A stretch of 64,000 nt of DNA from an uncultured Planctomycetaceae bacterium (GTDB lineage: Bacteria > Planctomycetota > Planctomycetia > Pirellulales > PALSA-1355). The DNA is taken from assembly GCA_963793635.1 (NCBI GenBank), contig CAWCAX010000006.1, forward strand, positions 597,802 to 661,801, given 5' to 3'. The notes beneath the pieces are model-generated. The model worked only from the letters and a program-made list of their open reading frames with translations. It was not told the DNA's origin and did no database searches. Below are positions 60,092 to 64,000 of the stretch, piece by piece; positions within the stretch are counted from its first letter, which is position 1, and each line of letters begins with the position of its first letter. A program made the translations under genes and the position numbers.

Positions 60092-61362
60092 TCAGCTCGA
60101 CCGCTCGGTAGCCGGGGCTGCCCCGGGAGCCGGAGGAGCCACAGGCTGGCCCGGCGCGGGGGGCGGATTGTCGGTCGGCTGTTCCGACTTGGGCACCGGT
60201 CCGACGAGCGGGGCACCGATCTTGGCCGCAAAAACGTCGTGCAGTTTGCGAACCGCCGGATCCCGACCTTCGATCTGCACCGCTTTATCCAATTCGCGCA
60301 CAGCTTGAGTTGGGTATCCCAGGTAGCCGAATTGGAATCCCAGCAAAAACCGCAGGGCCGCGTCGTCCGGCTTCGCGTTGCGCGCCGACTCCAACGACTT
60401 GAGTTGGTTGGTGAAGTCCTGCACGCTGCCATAAAGCTGCGTGTAGTTTTGCACCGCCGCGCCCCACTTGTCTTCGGGCAGCATGCCCATCGCCATTTCC
60501 GTGGCACCCGCCGCCATGCGGTAGTCGCCCGTTTGGAACAGGGCCTGCCCCATGAGCATCAGAATGCCGCCGTTGCCCGGATCGTCAACCATCGCGTGGC
60601 GGAAGTCCGCAGCTGCTTGAGCATAGCGGCCGGCGCGGAAATCGCTCTCGCCTTGAGTGGCATAATCGATCCCGCTGGGGTTTGTGCTGGTTGGCTGGGT
60701 GCTACTAATCGGCGCCGACGCATACGCGTTGTTGCCATATCCGTAGCCACCGTAGCCTCCGTAGCCGCCATACCCACCATAGCCGCCATACCCGCCGTAT
60801 CCACCATAGCCGCCGTATCCGCCGAGCAGTCCATACCCCAGGCCATAGCCGAGACCAAAGCCAAAGAACGGCGAGAAACCATATCCAAAGCCGCCGTACC
60901 CGCCGTAGCCGCCGTAGCCGCCGTACCCGCCATAGCCGCCGTACCCGCGGCCATATCCGCCATAGCCGTAGCCACGTCCGCTATTGCCGAAGTACGAGTT
61001 GTTTCCAAAGAAGGCCGAGTTGTTGCGGGTGGCATTGGTGCCACTGCGTCCCATTGCCGACCCGCACCAGATCCGCCGAAATTTCGACTGGCAAAGCTCT
61101 GCGATCGCGCACCACCACCGGCCATGCCGCCGCGATTACCGCCGCCGCCGTACATGCCGCCGCCACGGTAACCGCCCCCGCCGTAGCCGCCGCCACCGTG
61201 ATATCCGCCACCGCCATATCCGCCACCGCCGTGGCCGCCACCACCGTGACCGCCGCCGCCCCCGTGACCACCACCGCCACCGCCGCCGTGGGCAAAAGCC
61301 GATTGGGGCATCATCGATGCCGCGAGGAAAGCCAGAGTGAGTCCCAGTGTGTGTAATCGCAT
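60092..61362 (-). CDS. Secreted Gly/Tyr-rich protein with C-terminal TPR domain (frameshift ~61060)
   Basis: Signal peptide MRLHTL...AFA, (GGY)n tracts, GE..FR.GRY..A...FRHA...DP.N, RFLLGF.FGYLGY. Confidence 0.85.
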
Positions 61363-61424
61363 GAAGAGCCTCCCTAACAGATACAAGACAGCAGCTACCC
61401 TCTATTGTACGCGGCAATATCCGA

Positions 61425-61441
61425 TGCAGGTCTCATGCCAG
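61425..61441 (-). promoter_or_regulatory. Putative sigma54 (-24/-12) promoter
   Basis: The - strand reads CTGGCATGAGACCTGCA, GG-N10-GC, about 62 nt upstream of the ATG at 61362. Confidence 0.55.
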
Positions 61442-61614
61442 ATTACAAGTTGCACAGCTTGGACGACTAAACGGCCGAAAACTTGGCTCCCAGCGGACCA
61501 GTCTGGCTTCCGGCCGGCTAACTGCCGGCTTTTTTTTGAAGCTGCGTCCCGTGCTGCGTGGGGACTCGAAACCGATCCCCGGCAAGGGTTTTGACGCATT
61601 CTTGGGGTCAGAGG

Positions 61615-61650
61615 AAAAAAAGACACCACAGGCCGCAGCCCGTGGTGTCT
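61615..61650 (-). terminator. Intrinsic terminator
   Basis: agacaccac...gtggtgtct with an A-tract (T-tract on the - strand). Confidence 0.7.
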
Positions 61651-61694
61651 GTTGGTCAACGCTTGGCGATCGGGCCCGCAGCGCCCGACCGATC

Positions 61695-62852
61695 TCAACT
61701 CGCTTGATCGGCGGTCGGCAGACCGATCTCCGCGGCCGGAATGCGTCCGGGTGCCGTGGCATCGGATGCTGGAGCCGTGGGCTGCTCGGCCTTCGGCGGG
61801 GGCCCGACGAGCGGGGCATCGATTTGGGCCGCGAAAATGTCGTGCAGCTTACGAGCGGCCGGGTCGCGGCCTTCGAGTTGCACGGCTTTGTCCAACTCGC
61901 GCACGGCCTGTTTCGGATATCCCAAATAGCCGAAGTTGAAGCCGAGCAGAAACCGCATCGCCGGGTCGTCCGGCTTCGCGTTGCGCGCCGTTTCCAAGGC
62001 TTTCAGTTGGTTCGTGTAGTCCTGCGTGTTGCCATAAAGTTTTGAGTAGTTCTCGACGGCGGCTCCCCACTTGTCTTGGGGCAACATGCCCATCGCCGCT
62101 TCGGTTGCGCCGGCCGCACTGCGGTAATCGCCGGTTTGAAACAGCGCCTGGCCGAGCACCATCAAAACTCCACCATTGTTCGGATCGTCGACCAACGCAT
62201 GGCGGAAATCGGTAATCGCCTGCGTATAGCGGCCGGTCCGAAAATTGCCCTCGCCTTGTGCCGCGTAATCGGTGCCCCCCGGCGTCGAGCTGGGATCCTG
62301 GGGTTGTGCGGAATTGGCCGGCACCGAGCCGTCTGCCGTAACCGGGCCGGTCGCCACGTTTCCGTAGCCGTATCCGCCGACACCATTGCCGCCGCCATTG
62401 CCGACACCATAACCAACGCCGTTTCCGATTCCGTATCCGACGCCGCCCAGACCGTAGCCCAAGCCGGCGCCCAGTCCAAATCCGCCGTAGCCGCCCCAGC
62501 CGCCATATCCGCCATAGCCACCGTACCCGCCATACCCGCCGTAATTGCCGATATTGCGTCCCTGATCGACAAAGCCGTTGCGCTGGGCATTGCCAAAGGC
62601 CGAGTTGTTGTTGCCGAAGAAGTTCGAGGCGTTGTGTTCGGCTCCGTTGCGGCCGACCGCCGAGTTGTTCATTCCGCCGCGCGACGCTCCGCCGTTCATG
62701 CCGCCGCGCTCGCCGCCAAAACTGCCGCCGCGAGCTCCGCCGCCGCCAAAACCGCCGCGTCCGCCACCGCCGCCGCCACGAGCAAAAGCATCTTGTCCGA
62801 TCGCCGACGCCGCGCACACGGCCAAAAGCAGTCCCCATATGTGCAATCGCAT
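61695..62852 (-). CDS. Tandem paralog: secreted Gly/Tyr-rich TPR protein
   Basis: MRLHIW...AFA signal; TPR region closely similar to 60092-60660 (AVRELDKAVQ.EGRDPA.RKLHD.FAA). Confidence 0.88.
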   Translation of the reverse strand: MRLHIWGLLLAVCAASAIGQDAFARGGGGGGRGGFGGGGARGGSFGGERGGMNGGASRGGMNNSAVGRNGAEHNASNFFGNNNSAFGNAQRNGFVDQGRNIGNYGGYGGYGGYGGYGGWGGYGGFGLGAGLGYGLGGVGYGIGNGVGYGVGNGGGNGVGGYGYGNVATGPVTADGSVPANSAQPQDPSSTPGGTDYAAQGEGNFRTGRYTQAITDFRHALVDDPNNGGVLMVLGQALFQTGDYRSAAGATEAAMGMLPQDKWGAAVENYSKLYGNTQDYTNQLKALETARNAKPDDPAMRFLLGFNFGYLGYPKQAVRELDKAVQLEGRDPAARKLHDIFAAQIDAPLVGPPPKAEQPTAPASDATAPGRIPAAEIGLPTADQAS

Positions 62853-63075
62853 GCAGTGCCCTCCTGAAAAGGAATGAAGGTTTACCCACTGAGACTCTAG
62901 GCCACTTTCGAGGACCACGTGCTCCGGAGCACTCCTATGCCGGTTAAGCCGATGACGATAGGCGCGCAGGGTCATCTTGCCGGACAGGGGATGCCGTTGG
63001 AATTCCGGGCGGACGCGATGCCTGCGCCGCAGCACCGCATGCGGCAAACGCCAACGATCTATGGGCGGCGATCAC

Positions 63076-63801
63076 TCAGGGCAATTCGCGGATCCGCAAA
63101 TTGCGGAAATCGATCGGCGAGCCCTCCGACTCCAGGCACACGCAACCGGTGCGCGGTTCGCATTGGTTGCCGCCCGACACTTCTTGGCCGTTGACCCATA
63201 GGCGCACTTCACCGTTGATCGCCCGCACGTAATAGTGATTCCACTGGTTGATGCCTTTGCTGAGTTGCTTGCGCGGAAAGCTGCGGCTGCCGTCGGGCGA
63301 CAGCGGCGCAAAAGGCTTCATCGTGACACCCACCGGAAACACATCGCCGTTGGTGGTGAACCAGTCGGGTTTTTTGCCGGTCTGCTTCTCGTACTGCTCG
63401 GAATAACCGTGGTCGAGGACTTGGACTTCGATGCCCTGCGGCAAGCGTCCCTTGGGCAGACCCTCGAGCGAGCTTTCCGGCACCCAGACGAAAACACCCG
63501 AGTTGCCGCCGGAGTGCAAATGCCGCCACTGGACGACGAGTTCGAAATTGGTGTAAATCTTCCGCAAACGAATGACTCCGACCGGCTGGCCGGTGCAGTG
63601 CAGAATTCCGTCGGCCCAGCTCCAGGTTTCCTTGTCGCCGTTGACCGGCGCAAAGTCGGTCTCGGCGAGTTCTTGCCAGTCCGGCCCGATACCGTCGATG
63701 CAGGCCTGCGGCAGGGCCGGCTCGTCGGCCCACGCGCCACCGCCGATCAAAACCATCCAGGCTATGCCGGCCAAGGCCGGACCCACCGCGGAGCGTTTCA
63801 T
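63076..63801 (-). CDS. DUF1080 (3-keto-disaccharide hydrolase family) protein
   Basis: Y.NFEL..QWR, GNSGVF, GIEVQVLD, WNHY, NG, LESEG.PI.FRN.RI.EL; signal peptide. Confidence 0.9.
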   Translation of the reverse strand: MKRSAVGPALAGIAWMVLIGGGAWADEPALPQACIDGIGPDWQELAETDFAPVNGDKETWSWADGILHCTGQPVGVIRLRKIYTNFELVVQWRHLHSGGNSGVFVWVPESSLEGLPKGRLPQGIEVQVLDHGYSEQYEKQTGKKPDWFTTNGDVFPVGVTMKPFAPLSPDGSRSFPRKQLSKGINQWNHYYVRAINGEVRLWVNGQEVSGGNQCEPRTGCVCLESEGSPIDFRNLRIRELP

Positions 63802-63888
63802 ACAGGGTTCATTTCTCTTTGAAAAGGGTCGATGGAATCCTCGCGGCTCCAGCCACCGCGCCAGCCCTGCCGGCTGATCGGACAGCCG

Positions 63889-64000
63889 TCACAAGGTCAC
63901 CACGATCTTGCCGATTTGCTGGTTCGACTCCAAATAGCGATGGGCCTGGACAATTTGTTCGAAGGGAAACGTCTTGGCGATCACCGGCTTGAGCTTGCCG
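63889..64000 (-). CDS. C-terminal fragment of an MDR/zinc-binding alcohol dehydrogenase-family oxidoreductase
   Basis: GKLKPVIAKTFPFEQIVQAHRYLESNQQIGKIVVTL*. Confidence 0.8.
   Translation of the reverse strand, partial: GKLKPVIAKTFPFEQIVQAHRYLESNQQIGKIVVTL

Overview
GC-rich bacterial DNA that looks like a planctomycete (Pirellulales-like). Supporting signs are a DUF1559 prepilin-like gene, PEP-CTERM proteins, Gly- and Cys-rich secreted proteins, and a tmRNA with tag AEDTFALAA. The window holds about 50 genes, mostly housekeeping, signalling and cell-envelope functions (uppP, nfo, rpiB, a TsaC/Sua5-LMW phosphatase fusion, ndk, two P-II proteins, an ECF sigma/anti-sigma pair, a Ser/Thr kinase with an FHA-adenylate cyclase, ApbE-FGE-Gfo, FadL, DUF11). 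Roughly 18 genes are split by single-base indels, often in short homopolymers; this is best explained as uncorrected long-read error, so split ORFs are reported as single CDSs. The most unusual signals are: (1) a ~945-bp integrase-less module (palindromic arms + GIY-YIG nuclease + small ORF) bounded by a duplicated tmRNA 3' end; (2) 19-24-nt hairpins with a related core inserted into another repeat; (3) a 134-bp MITE with an 8-bp target duplication; (4) a 211-bp gene-end duplication around a triple-hairpin palindrome, next to a foreign-looking trypsin-like protease; (5) an apbE-FGE-Tat oxidoreductase cluster with a candidate non-canonical flavinylation site. All calls come from reading the sequence and motif recognition; no database searches were run.
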